Assembly (NCBI GenBank): GCA_965203635.1
Contig: OZ241903.1
Location: forward strand, 2,290,583-2,354,582
DNA length: 64,000 nt
Source of the DNA: Candidatus Aldehydirespirator sp.
Lineage (GTDB): Bacteria > Actinomycetota > Acidimicrobiia > Acidimicrobiales > Aldehydirespiratoraceae
Direction: 5' to 3'
The notes under the pieces are model-generated. The model saw only the letters and a program-made list of their open reading frames with translations, was not told the DNA's origin and did no database searches. Each line of letters starts with the position of its first letter. The stretch's first letter is position 1. This document shows positions 21,176 through 29,958 of this stretch, one piece after another. Both the position numbers and the translations under genes were made by a program.

Positions 21176-21760
21176 CAGCCCGATCCCAGCCGGGACGCGA
21201 CGGAGCCCCGAGTAGCCTCCCGGCTTTCGCCGCTCAACTTCTCGGGGCCCCGATTGCGCCTATCCACCGACCGCCTAATCCCGTCGGATTCTGCGGTGCT
21301 CCGGGACACATCCCCGTATCCGGTTCAGTGCCCTGACCCCCGCCCCGGACGGCTCCGTGGCGTTGGCCTGAATCACCCGGCGGTACCCGTCGGCACCTCC
21401 TGAGACTCCGGGTTCGCCCTCTCTCCGTCGGGATCGGACTCGACCCGGTGCCTCGGCGACACCCTCACTTTGAGGCTGGTTCCGGTGACTCCCTCGCTCA
21501 CCCGGCGGTGTGCTCGGTTGTCGCCGGGCCTCCCGGCGAGGTGACCCTCCTCCGACCTTGCTGTCACCCTCCCCCGTCGGGGATTCCTACCGCTAGCTCG
21601 GAGGAGAACCTCCGTGTCCCCGGCTGACCCACCGGCTCCTGGGAACCGGTCTGGCTGGCTGGGTGTCCTCTGCGGACCGCTCCATCGACTCCGCTCCCGC
21701 TGTCTCCGGCCGAGGCCCTCGACTGCTGGTCCGGTGTCTCCGTCGCTGCTCACTTCGGAC
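21176..21760 (-). other. unassigned structured non-coding region (candidate long 5' leader or ncRNA, minus strand)
   Basis: No credible ORF. The minus strand is purine-rich with many local hairpins, for example CGGAGG-UUCU-CCUCCG, UCCCC-GACG-GGGGA, GGUGAC..GUCACC and CCGGG-AGG-CCCGG. It lies downstream of a near-consensus promoter. Confidence 0.35.
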
Positions 21761-21767
21761 GCTGGGC

Positions 21768-21847
21768 ATCTTGGGGGGTTGCCAGCGGGTTGTCAACCCC
21801 AAAACGCGAAATCCCCATCGAAATCCCGAGCATTTTCGAGAAATCCC
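21768..21847 (-). promoter_or_regulatory. candidate sigma-70-type promoter with three upstream direct repeats
   Basis: On the minus strand: TTGACA (21796-21791), a 17-nt spacer, then CAAGAT (21773-21768). GGGATTTC occurs three times (plus-strand GAAATCCC at 21808, 21820, 21840) just upstream. The -35 sits in the palindrome GGGTTG-T-CAACCC. Confidence 0.45.
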
Positions 21848-21916
21848 CAAGCGGCGCCCAGTTATGCACAGTGCGATCACAGTCTGGTGCCGATTCGAGG
21901 GCTCCGAACGGCCCGA

Positions 21917-22678
21917 TCAGGCCTCCCAGTGACCCCGATCGATCATCACCCGGCGCAATACCGAGGGCCTGTCGGTCATGATCCCGTCCACCCCCATGTC
22001 GAGTAGGCGGTGCATCTCAGCCGGCTCGTCGATGGTCCAGACATGAACCGCGACGCCGTGGCGATGGGCCGCGGCCAGCATCCCGGGCCGCACCAGCGTC
22101 AGGCCCTTGGAGCGGACCGGCACCTGGGCGGCGTGGAAGTCGAAGGACGCCGGCGCACCGAGCCGGGCCGAGGCGGCCAGCAGCCGGGCGATGCCGCGGG
22201 GGCCGGCTCCGACGCACAGCGCTGCCCCGATCTGGTCGCGAACCTGCCGGGTGCGCCGGTCCGAGAACGAGCACACGCACACCCGCTCGACCGCGTCGGT
22301 GCGTCGGAGGACCTCCACCAGCGGCCCGACCGCGGCGTCGCTCTTGGGATCGATGTTGATCCTGGTGTCGGGCAGTTCCTCGAGGAGCTCGTCGAGGAGC
22401 ATGATCGGGTCGGTGCCGGCCACCCGGGCTTGCCGGACCTGGCTCCAGTCAAGGTCGCTGACGACGCCTCGGCCGTCGGTGACCCGGTCCAGCGAGTCGT
22501 CGTGGAAGGCCACCGCGACCCCGTCGGCGGTGGCGTGGACATCGGTCTCCACATGGGTGTAGCCCAGGTCCACGGCGTGGCGGAAGGCCCGCAGCGTGTT
22601 CTCGGGGAACTCCTCGGCCCCGCCCCGGTGGGCGAAGGCGATGGGCCCGTCCACGTCCAGGTACGGGTGGCGCTGCAC
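21917..22678 (-). CDS. glycerophosphodiester phosphodiesterase family protein
   Basis: IAFAHRGG..FPENT..HVETDVH..HDDSLDR GDPD motifs. The start is uncertain: GTG 22678 is preferred, ATG 22747 is possible, and the track ORF start 22879 overlaps pyk. Confidence 0.8.
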   Translation of the reverse strand: MQRHPYLDVDGPIAFAHRGGAEEFPENTLRAFRHAVDLGYTHVETDVHATADGVAVAFHDDSLDRVTDGRGVVSDLDWSQVRQARVAGTDPIMLLDELLEELPDTRINIDPKSDAAVGPLVEVLRRTDAVERVCVCSFSDRRTRQVRDQIGAALCVGAGPRGIARLLAASARLGAPASFDFHAAQVPVRSKGLTLVRPGMLAAAHRHGVAVHVWTIDEPAEMHRLLDMGVDGIMTDRPSVLRRVMIDRGHWEA

Positions 22679-22745
22679 GAGCGAACCGTAGCCGCAGCCG
22701 AGAGTTATCCACAGGTTGACCGCACTCGGCGGTAGCGTTGTGGGC

Positions 22746-24179
22746 ATGCAGCGCCGCACGAAGATCGTCGCCACCATCGGTCCGGCCAGCGAGGACGAGT
22801 CCACGCTGCGGGACATGATGGCCGCCGGCATGGACGTGGCCCGCATCGGGCTGGCCCACGGGACGCTCGACGAGGCCATAGAGCGCTACCAGCGCATCCG
22901 CTGGGTCTCCGAGCAGGAGGGCCGGCCGGTGGGGATCCTGGTGGACCTTCCAGGACCCAAGGTGCGGGCGGCCAACTTCGGTGAGGATCCGGTGCGGTTC
23001 CACTCCGACAGCACCGTCGAGCTGGTGGTCGGCCGCGACCGCTCGACCGACAGCGTCGTGGAGGTGGACTACGAGGGCCTGATGGACGACGTGCTGGTGG
23101 GGGACACCCTCGACGTGGGCGACGGGCGGGTGGTGCTCGACGTCATCGACAAGGGTGGCGACCGCCTCAAGGTCAGCGTCATCCACGGCGGCGTCCTGTC
23201 GGGCTGCCCCGGCGTCCACATCCCCGCCGACCGGCTGCGGATATCCACGCCGACCCCCAGCGACTTCATGGCGCTCGACGCCTTCATCGAGCTCGGCGTG
23301 GACATGGTGGCCATATCGTTCGTGCGCTCCGCCCACGACATCCGGCGGGTCGGCACCGAGCCCCATCCCCGGGGCCCGCTGCTGGTGGCCAAGATCGAGA
23401 CCAGGGCCGCGGTGCAGAACCTGGCCGGCATCATCGACACCGCCGGAGCGATCATGGTGGCCCGCGGCGACCTCGGAAGCGAGTGCAGCATCGAGGAGCT
23501 GCCCCATCTCCAGAAGCAGATCATCCAGCAATGCATCGCCGGCGGCCGCCCGGTGATCACCGCCACGCAGATGCTCGAGTCGATGGTGTCGCGCCCGTCG
23601 CCCACCCGGGCCGAGGCCAGCGACGTGGCCAACGCCGTGTTCGACGGCTCCTCGGCGTTGATGCTCTCGGGCGAGACCGCCATCGGGACCGACCCTGCGA
23701 ACGTGGTCCGCACCATGGACCGCATCGCCCAGCGGGCCGACGAGGAGTTCGACTACGAGCTGTGGGCCGAGCGCCTCGCCGAGCTGCGCATGACCGACGA
23801 CTCCACCCGCGACGCCGCCTCGATCACCGACGCCATGACCATGGCAGCCTGGCGGGCCGCCGACGGGCTGGGGATCTCCACCATCCTGGCCATCTCCGGC
23901 ACCGGCTTCACCGTGCGGTCCATGGCCAGGTTCCGGCCCCATGCCCGGATCATCGGCCTGTCCCACAACTCCAGGACCGTGCAGCAGCTCACCCTGAGCT
24001 GGGGCACCACACCGGTGCTGGTCAAGGACATGGGCTCCAACGAGGAGATGGTCCGCCAGGCGGTGGCGGTGGCCCGCGACCGCGATTTCGCTCGCTCCGG
24101 CGAGATCGTCGGGATCCTGGCCGGCGCGGACAACCGGTCGCGCAGCGCCAACGTGCTCCGCCTGGAGCGCGTCCCCTAG
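22746..24179 (+). CDS. pyk: pyruvate kinase
   Basis: MQRRTKIVATIGPAS N-terminus, AKIETRAAV, MVARGDLG and ATQMLESM motifs. Confidence 0.95.
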   Translation: MQRRTKIVATIGPASEDESTLRDMMAAGMDVARIGLAHGTLDEAIERYQRIRWVSEQEGRPVGILVDLPGPKVRAANFGEDPVRFHSDSTVELVVGRDRSTDSVVEVDYEGLMDDVLVGDTLDVGDGRVVLDVIDKGGDRLKVSVIHGGVLSGCPGVHIPADRLRISTPTPSDFMALDAFIELGVDMVAISFVRSAHDIRRVGTEPHPRGPLLVAKIETRAAVQNLAGIIDTAGAIMVARGDLGSECSIEELPHLQKQIIQQCIAGGRPVITATQMLESMVSRPSPTRAEASDVANAVFDGSSALMLSGETAIGTDPANVVRTMDRIAQRADEEFDYELWAERLAELRMTDDSTRDAASITDAMTMAAWRAADGLGISTILAISGTGFTVRSMARFRPHARIIGLSHNSRTVQQLTLSWGTTPVLVKDMGSNEEMVRQAVAVARDRDFARSGEIVGILAGADNRSRSANVLRLERVP

Positions 24180-24209
24180 CGGATCCGCGGCTCTCTAGCA
24201 GCTCGGGCC

Positions 24210-25448
24210 ATGGCCATCGACTTCACGCTGTCGCCCGAGGTGGAGGAACTGCGGCTGAGGGTCCGCGCCTTCGTGGAGGAGGTCATCGCTCCGGTAGCCG
24301 ACCGGATCGAGGGAAGCGACGGCGGCGAGGGTCTCGCCGGCCGCGAGCGCGTCTCGGCCCTGATCGGCTTGCGGAAGCAGGCCAAAGCGGCCGGGCTCTG
24401 GCTGCCCCACATGCCTCCGGAGTGGGGCGGGATGGGCCTCGGCCACGTCGAGTTGGCCATGGTTCAGGCCGAGGCGGCCAAGTCCTACTACGGGCCGTGG
24501 GTGTTCAACTGCCAGGCGCCCGACGAGGGCAACATGCACACGCTGCTGCACTGGGCGACACCCGAGCAGGCCGAGCGATACCTCAGGCCGCTCTGCACCG
24601 GTACGGCCCGGTCGTGCTTCGCCATGACCGAGCCCGAAGTCGCCGGCTCCGATCCCACGTTGATACAGACCCGTGCGTACACCGACGGCGACGAGTGGGT
24701 GATCAACGGCCGCAAGTGGTTCATCTCGCAGGCCCACCGGGCCGACTTCGCCATCCTCATCTGCCGCACCGAGGACAACCCCGACATCCCCCAGGCGGCC
24801 AACACCGCGTTCATCATCGACCTTCCCCACGACGGCTGGAACGAGGTCCGCGAGATCGAGACCATGCACGGCGGCACCGGCCACTCGGAGATCCTCATCG
24901 AGGACCTCCGGATCCACGACTCCCAGAGGCTCGGCGGTCGGGGACAGGGCCACCTGCTGGGCCAGTACCGGCTCGGGCCTGCCCGCCTAGCCCACTGCAT
25001 GCGGTGGATCGCCCAGGCCGAGACCGCTCTCGACATGATGGTGGACCGCGCGCTGAACCGCTTCTCGCACGGTTCGCTCCTGGCCGAGAAGCAGGGGATC
25101 CAGTGGATGATCGCCGACTCCGCGATGGAGGTCTACCAGTCCAAGCTCATGGTCCTCCACGCGGCCCACAAGATCGACCGCGGCGAGGACTTCAAGTCCG
25201 AGGTGTCGATGGCGAAACACTTCGTGGCCAACACCCTCAACCGTGTGATCGACCGTTCGATCCAGGTGCACGGCGCGCTCGGCTACTCGACGGACACCCC
25301 GCTCGCCCACATGTACCAGCACGCCCGCTGGGCCCGCTTCGCCGACGGTGCCGACGAGATACACCAGATGCGGATCGCGCAGCGCACGATTGCGGCGTTC
25401 AGCGACACCGGATCCACCCGCCGTGCCACGGGAGACCTACCCATCTGA
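24210..25448 (+). CDS. acyl-CoA dehydrogenase family protein
   Basis: 412 aa. CFAMTEPEVAGSD, WFISQA and QVHGALGY motifs. Confidence 0.9.
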   Translation: MAIDFTLSPEVEELRLRVRAFVEEVIAPVADRIEGSDGGEGLAGRERVSALIGLRKQAKAAGLWLPHMPPEWGGMGLGHVELAMVQAEAAKSYYGPWVFNCQAPDEGNMHTLLHWATPEQAERYLRPLCTGTARSCFAMTEPEVAGSDPTLIQTRAYTDGDEWVINGRKWFISQAHRADFAILICRTEDNPDIPQAANTAFIIDLPHDGWNEVREIETMHGGTGHSEILIEDLRIHDSQRLGGRGQGHLLGQYRLGPARLAHCMRWIAQAETALDMMVDRALNRFSHGSLLAEKQGIQWMIADSAMEVYQSKLMVLHAAHKIDRGEDFKSEVSMAKHFVANTLNRVIDRSIQVHGALGYSTDTPLAHMYQHARWARFADGADEIHQMRIAQRTIAAFSDTGSTRRATGDLPI

Positions 25449-25461
25449 TGCACCAGCGGGA

Positions 25462-26442
25462 ATGGCCGGCACCGGGAGGGTGATCGTGGGAGCGTTCAGT
25501 GCAGAGTCGACGACCGACGAGGTCCTCGAGGGCGTGGATCTGGAGGGTCGCATCGTTGCGATCACCGGAGCGTCGAGCGGTCTGGGCGAGGAGTCGGCCA
25601 GGGCGATGTCGGCCAAGGGCGCACGGGTCCTGATGCTCGCACGCGACCTCCAGAAGAACGCCGAGGCGGCAGGGCGCATCCGGGTGTCCGTGCCCGACGC
25701 CGACCTCACCCTGTACACGGTCGACCTCGCCGACCTCGCCAGCATCGAGTCCTTCGCCGATGCGGTCGCGGCCGACGTCGACCGCATCGACGTCCTCCTC
25801 AACAATGCCGGGGTCATGGGCTGCCCCGAGGGGAGGACCGCGGACGGCTTCGAGACCCAGTTCGGCACCAACCACCTCGGGCACTTCGCGCTCACGGCGC
25901 GACTCATACCTTTGTTGCTGGCGGCTGATCGGCCGCGTGTGGTGACGCTGTCGTCGGGCGGTCACAGGATCTCCGACGTGGCGTTGGACGATCCGAACTT
26001 CGAGAGGGCCGACTATGACCCGTGGATCGCCTACGGCCGGTCCAAGAGCGCCAACGCACACTTCGCCGCCGAACTCGCCCGACGCCATGGCGAGCGACTG
26101 ATCTCGGTGTCGGTGCACCCCGGCGCCATCGTCACGAATCTCGGCCGCCACATGACGCCCGAGATGATCGAGCGCCTGATGGCGCGGCGAGCCGAGAACG
26201 AGGCCGCGGGCAAGGGCGGCGGCGGGCTCAAGTTCAAGAGCGTCGAGGCCGGCGCGGCCACACAGGTGTGGGCCGCTACAGCCGTCGAGGTGGCCGGCGG
26301 CAACGGCGCCTATCTGGCGGACTGCGGGCCGACGATCGTCGGGCCGGGCGAGAAGGGGCGGATGGCCTACCTCGACGATGCGGAGACCTCGACACGGCTC
26401 TGGGCGTTGAGCGAAGAACTCGTCGGATTGACGTTCGGCTGA
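25462..26442 (+). CDS. short-chain dehydrogenase/reductase (SDR)
   Basis: ITGASSGLG, NNAG and YGRSKSAN (YxxxK). An alternative GTG start at 25486 has a better GGGAGG Shine-Dalgarno. Confidence 0.85.
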   Translation: MAGTGRVIVGAFSAESTTDEVLEGVDLEGRIVAITGASSGLGEESARAMSAKGARVLMLARDLQKNAEAAGRIRVSVPDADLTLYTVDLADLASIESFADAVAADVDRIDVLLNNAGVMGCPEGRTADGFETQFGTNHLGHFALTARLIPLLLAADRPRVVTLSSGGHRISDVALDDPNFERADYDPWIAYGRSKSANAHFAAELARRHGERLISVSVHPGAIVTNLGRHMTPEMIERLMARRAENEAAGKGGGGLKFKSVEAGAATQVWAATAVEVAGGNGAYLADCGPTIVGPGEKGRMAYLDDAETSTRLWALSEELVGLTFG

Positions 26443-26475
26443 GAACCGTCCGGTCGGGCTCCGGTCGGGCTCCGG

Positions 26476-26739
26476 TCAGGCGCAGTTGGGGTTGGCGTCG
26501 GCGGGAACGGCGACTTCCTGGCCGTACAGCCTGCACGAGCAGGTCTCCACGCAGTCCTGCAGATCGGCGCGTTGCAGCCACAGGCTCGCAGCCAGCACGC
26601 CGATGAGCACCACTAGCACGAGTCGCAGCAGCAGCCTGCGCACAACTCGCATCACCAGCGCGGCAAGTACCCCCAGGGCCACGATCGCGCCGAGGAGGAC
26701 TGCTTGCAGAGACTCGGCGTCGACCCACTCACCCATCAC
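26476..26739 (-). CDS. small hypothetical membrane protein with Cys-rich C-terminus
   Basis: 87 aa with two hydrophobic helices, then DCVETCSC...NPNC. No recognisable family. Confidence 0.45.
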   Translation of the reverse strand: MMGEWVDAESLQAVLLGAIVALGVLAALVMRVVRRLLLRLVLVVLIGVLAASLWLQRADLQDCVETCSCRLYGQEVAVPADANPNCA

Positions 26740-26801
26740 CGTCGGGCACGTTACCTACAGCCTCGACGGACAGGTGAAGGCCCCGCCGCGCGATGCTGCC
26801 A

Positions 26802-26939
26802 CTCCCGCTCCTGTTCGCTTCGCTCACGGGCCGCTCGGGCCTGCCTGCCGCTCTTGTTCGCTGCGCTCACGGGCCGCTGGGCCCTGGGGCCTCGCCCGTA
26901 TGAGCCGGATCGGCCCGCCAATTCGCTCGGCCTCTGTAG
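26802..26939 (+). repeat. MIRU-like dispersed repeat, copy 2 (1.5 tandem units)
   Basis: Half unit at 26802-26841, then a full long-form unit at 26848-26939 ending CGCTCGGCCTCTGTAG. Confidence 0.8.
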
Positions 26940-26950
26940 CCTCGGCGGCG

Positions 26951-27418
26951 ATGAGTGACGCCGGCGTTCCCCTCCTGCGGCACGGTCCGCCCGAGACGGT
27001 CCTGGCCCCGGAGCCAGACGAAGTTCGGGCCGCGCTGGCCGCGGCCGCGGCGAGCGACGATCCGGTGGCCGCCGTAAGCGCGGTCTGCGAGCGCGGGCCG
27101 GTCAGCCTGGAGGCCTGGGCCTCACTCGGCGAGACCATGGAGTCGACGGGCGCGCCACCTGCTCTGGCCTACGCCGCGTTCCGCACCGGCTACCACCGCG
27201 GCCTGGACCGGCTCAGAGCCAGCGGCTGGCGCGGCTCCGGCTACGTGCGCTGGAAGTATCCGTCGAACCGCGGCTTCCTGCGCGCCCTCAGCGGGCTGCA
27301 GCGTGTCGCCGGGCGGATCGGAGAGACCGACGAGGCCGAGCGGTGCGCATTGTTCCTGGTCCAGCTCGACCCGGAGTGGCCTCACAATCACCCTGACAGC
27401 CCGGGGCCGCGTGGGTAG
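26951..27418 (+). CDS. conserved actinobacterial protein (resembles the DUF3151 family from memory)
   Basis: AYAAFRTGYHRGLDRLRASGWRGSGYVRW..NRGFLRAL. ATG 26951 is in frame with the longer track ORF, whose upstream part runs through the repeat. Confidence 0.65.
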   Translation: MSDAGVPLLRHGPPETVLAPEPDEVRAALAAAAASDDPVAAVSAVCERGPVSLEAWASLGETMESTGAPPALAYAAFRTGYHRGLDRLRASGWRGSGYVRWKYPSNRGFLRALSGLQRVAGRIGETDEAERCALFLVQLDPEWPHNHPDSPGPRG

Positions 27419-27440
27419 GTCGGCGCCATCCCTCCGCTGC

Positions 27441-28091
27441 ATGGGAGCCGTGCTGGCGGGCGGGGCCAGTTCCAGGATGGGCACCGACAAGGCGTTCATC
27501 GAGATCGAGGGAGAGCCGATGGTGGCTCGCGCCGCGGGCGCGCTGCGGGCCGCGGGGGCCGCGCCCGTGCTGGTGGTGGGCGGAGACCATTCTCGCGTCA
27601 GCGTCCTGGGCCTCGATCACGTGCCGGACCGCCATCCCGGCCAGGGCCCGCTGGGAGGGGTGATCACCGCCCTCGGCGCGCTCGACCCGCTCGGCGGCTC
27701 CGGCCCGGACGCGGTGGTGACTCTGCCCTGCGATGTCAAGGCGCCCGACCCGGCCGCAGTGCGGTTGGTGATCGAGCGCCTCGCCGACGCCGGCGACCGC
27801 TCTGGAGCCGGCCCGCCGCCCGCCGACCTGGTTGTACCGCTCGGCGGCGGGGTTCCCCAGTGGACGCATTCCGGGTGGCACCGGAGCTGCCTGCCGCGGC
27901 TGTCGCAGGCGTTCGCCACCGGAGTGAGGGCGCTGAACGAGGTGGCCCGGCAGTTGCGGACGGTCGCGGTCGAGGTGCCCGGAACGAGTTGGTACGCCGA
28001 CGCGAACCGTCCCGAGGACCTTCCCCCAACTACGCTTGGCGACGGCCACACAGAAGAGGCGGGCATCCAAGACGCCGACATCCCGAGGTAG
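27441..28091 (+). CDS. mobA: molybdenum cofactor guanylyltransferase
   Basis: GAVLAGGASSRMGTDKAF N-terminal motif. A GTG at 27411 is an alternative start. Confidence 0.8.
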   Translation: MGAVLAGGASSRMGTDKAFIEIEGEPMVARAAGALRAAGAAPVLVVGGDHSRVSVLGLDHVPDRHPGQGPLGGVITALGALDPLGGSGPDAVVTLPCDVKAPDPAAVRLVIERLADAGDRSGAGPPPADLVVPLGGGVPQWTHSGWHRSCLPRLSQAFATGVRALNEVARQLRTVAVEVPGTSWYADANRPEDLPPTTLGDGHTEEAGIQDADIPR

Positions 28092-28102
28092 GCATCGACG
28101 AG

Positions 28103-28450
28103 ATGGGCATCCCCGAGACCGACATCCCCGAGATAGACATCGACGAACTCGAGCGCCGGCGAGCGGCCGGAGCGGCCGTGTTCGATGTGCGTGAGCCTGA
28201 CGAGTACGACGAGGTGCGCATACCGGGCGCAGTGCTGGTGCCGCTGGCATCGGTCCCGGAGGCAGTCGAGGAGTTCCGGACGGCGGCGGCGGGCCAAGCG
28301 GTGTGCGTGGTGTGCGCGGTCGGGGGCCGCAGCGGGCAGGCCGTCGGGTTCCTCCGGTCCCTGGGTGTGGACGCGGTCAACGTCGACGGGGGAACCAACG
28401 CCTGGCACCAGTCGGGCCGACCGGTGGAGACGGGCCCCGTGTCCGCCTGA
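28103..28450 (+). CDS. rhodanese-like domain protein
   Basis: 115 aa. DVREPDEY..IPGA, with the active-site loop CAVGGRS. Confidence 0.8.
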   Translation: MGIPETDIPEIDIDELERRRAAGAAVFDVREPDEYDEVRIPGAVLVPLASVPEAVEEFRTAAAGQAVCVVCAVGGRSGQAVGFLRSLGVDAVNVDGGTNAWHQSGRPVETGPVSA

Positions 28451-28458
28451 CGGACCCC

Positions 28459-29661
28459 GTGCCCCGCGATCGCCGCTCTCGCTCCCGCAGCCGCGCCGCG
28501 GCGTCCTACCGCTACATCGACTCCGACCAGGGGCTGCGGGACGTGGTGGGCACGGTCTCCGCCGAGCCTCGCTTCGCGCTCGACACCGAGTTTCACCGGG
28601 AGCGCACCTACCGGCCCCAGGCTGCGTTGATCCAGATCGCCTGGCCCGGGGATCTGGTCCTGATAGATCCGCTGGCTGTGGATGTGGCCCCTCTGGCCGA
28701 GGTCCTCGGAGCCGGGAGTCTGATGGTCGCCCACGCGGCGGGACAGGACCTGGAGGTGCTCGACCACTGCTGCGGGGCAGTCCCCGGTCGCATCTTCGAC
28801 ACGCAGATCGCGGCCGGGTTCCTGGGTCTCGGCACGCCCGCGCTGTCCGCGCTCTATGAGAGCGAGATCGGCTGGAGGCCCCCGAAGGCGGACCGGCTCA
28901 CCGACTGGCTGGCACGGCCGCTGAAGGCTTCGCAACTCGACTACGCGGCCAGCGATGTGATGCACCTGCTGGAGATCCACGAACGGCTCGCGGCCCGGCT
29001 CAAGGAGTTGGGCCGGCAGGACTGGGCCGAAGCGGAGTTCGAGCTGCTGCTCGAACGCAACCGGCAGGGTCAGCGACCTGAGGAAGCCTGGTCCCGGCTC
29101 AAGGAGGTGCGACATCTGAGGCGCCGCGACCTGCCTGTCGTCCGATCGGTGGCGATGTGGCGTGAGCTGCGGGCGGCCAGGGTCAATCAACCGGTCCGCC
29201 ACGTCCTGTCAGACGTCGCGGTGGTGTCAATCTCACAGGCCGCTCCCCGAACGACCGAGGAGTTGGCCGGAGTGCGGGGCGTGGGGGAGGGCATGGCCCG
29301 CGGCCGTCTGGGCCCGGCCATCCTCAAGGCCGTCGCCGACGGGCTCGCGTCCGATTGGCGCCCACCCCCGAAGCGCACGGCCCGCACCGAGGCGGCCGAC
29401 CGCCTCCGCCCGGCCGTGGGCTTGGTGACCTCCTGGGTGAGCCAGCTCGCCCGCAACCGCATGATCGAGCCGTCGCTGCTGGCCACGCGGGCCGACATCG
29501 AAGCCCTTATCCGCGGCGACGCGGACGCTCGGCTGGCCCGGGGCTGGCGTTCGGAGATGGTGGGTGAGCCGCTGCGACGGCTGGTCTCGGGCGAGGCCGC
29601 CCTGGCCTTCGACAACGGCGAACTCGTCCTCGAGGAGCGCAGCCACCGGCCGGTGGCCTGA
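28459..29661 (+). CDS. rnd: ribonuclease D
   Basis: DEDD 3'-5' exonuclease motifs (FALDTEF, AHAAGQDLEVL, YAASDVMHL) followed by an HRDC-like region. The GTG start was chosen after the rhodanese stop. Confidence 0.85.
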   Translation: MPRDRRSRSRSRAAASYRYIDSDQGLRDVVGTVSAEPRFALDTEFHRERTYRPQAALIQIAWPGDLVLIDPLAVDVAPLAEVLGAGSLMVAHAAGQDLEVLDHCCGAVPGRIFDTQIAAGFLGLGTPALSALYESEIGWRPPKADRLTDWLARPLKASQLDYAASDVMHLLEIHERLAARLKELGRQDWAEAEFELLLERNRQGQRPEEAWSRLKEVRHLRRRDLPVVRSVAMWRELRAARVNQPVRHVLSDVAVVSISQAAPRTTEELAGVRGVGEGMARGRLGPAILKAVADGLASDWRPPPKRTARTEAADRLRPAVGLVTSWVSQLARNRMIEPSLLATRADIEALIRGDADARLARGWRSEMVGEPLRRLVSGEAALAFDNGELVLEERSHRPVA

Positions 29662-29762
29662 GCACATTCCGGCCGGTCCCGCGGGTGCGGTTCGGGTGGG
29701 CCGGTGGCACCGGTCCGGTACAATAGGAGCTCTGCGAATCCGTCAAAACCGGGAGTTGGGCC

Positions 29763-29954
29763 GTGAAGAAGGGGCGACACCGAAGGTATGAGGAAGCCCG
29801 CAAGTTCAAGCGCTCGCAGGTAGACGATCTCGAAGGGCTGATCGAATCCTTCAACGAGCCGGACGACTACGTGAAGCCCGAGCACGCGTCCTGGGCGGAG
29901 GAGTTCGCCGACGAGGAGCTCGCCGAGGCGGAGCTCGCCGCCGACGACGACTGA
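29763..29954 (+). CDS. small hypothetical protein, basic N-terminus and acidic C-terminus
   Basis: 63 aa, GTG start. TACAAT -10-like box about 30 nt upstream (29720s). No family recognised. Confidence 0.45.
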   Translation: MKKGRHRRYEEARKFKRSQVDDLEGLIESFNEPDDYVKPEHASWAEEFADEELAEAELAADDD

Positions 29955-29958
29955 CCGG

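Noticed and set aside
21373-21753. 126-aa ORF inside the 0.8-kb gap
   Set aside because: Its composition (RGRR, GDTG runs) is not protein-like and it has no start context. The region is treated as non-coding.
21100-21900. Tried to assign the gap to RNase P RNA, tmRNA, SRP RNA, 6S, or cobalamin / c-di-AMP / c-di-GMP riboswitches
   Set aside because: None of the diagnostic strings I know is present on either strand. These include GAGGAAAGUCC, the GGGG..UUCGAC 5' end with a UCCACCA tail and tag ORF, the B12 box GCCACUG, and the ydaO ...GACAGCUNACCUCG... element. No family name is given.
22745-22748. Palindromic GCATGC where ATG codons of pyk (+) and the GDPD gene (-) would overlap back-to-back
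   Set aside because: That arrangement would leave no promoter space. The GDPD domain starts well downstream, so GTG 22678 is the more plausible GDPD start. This is treated as coincidence.
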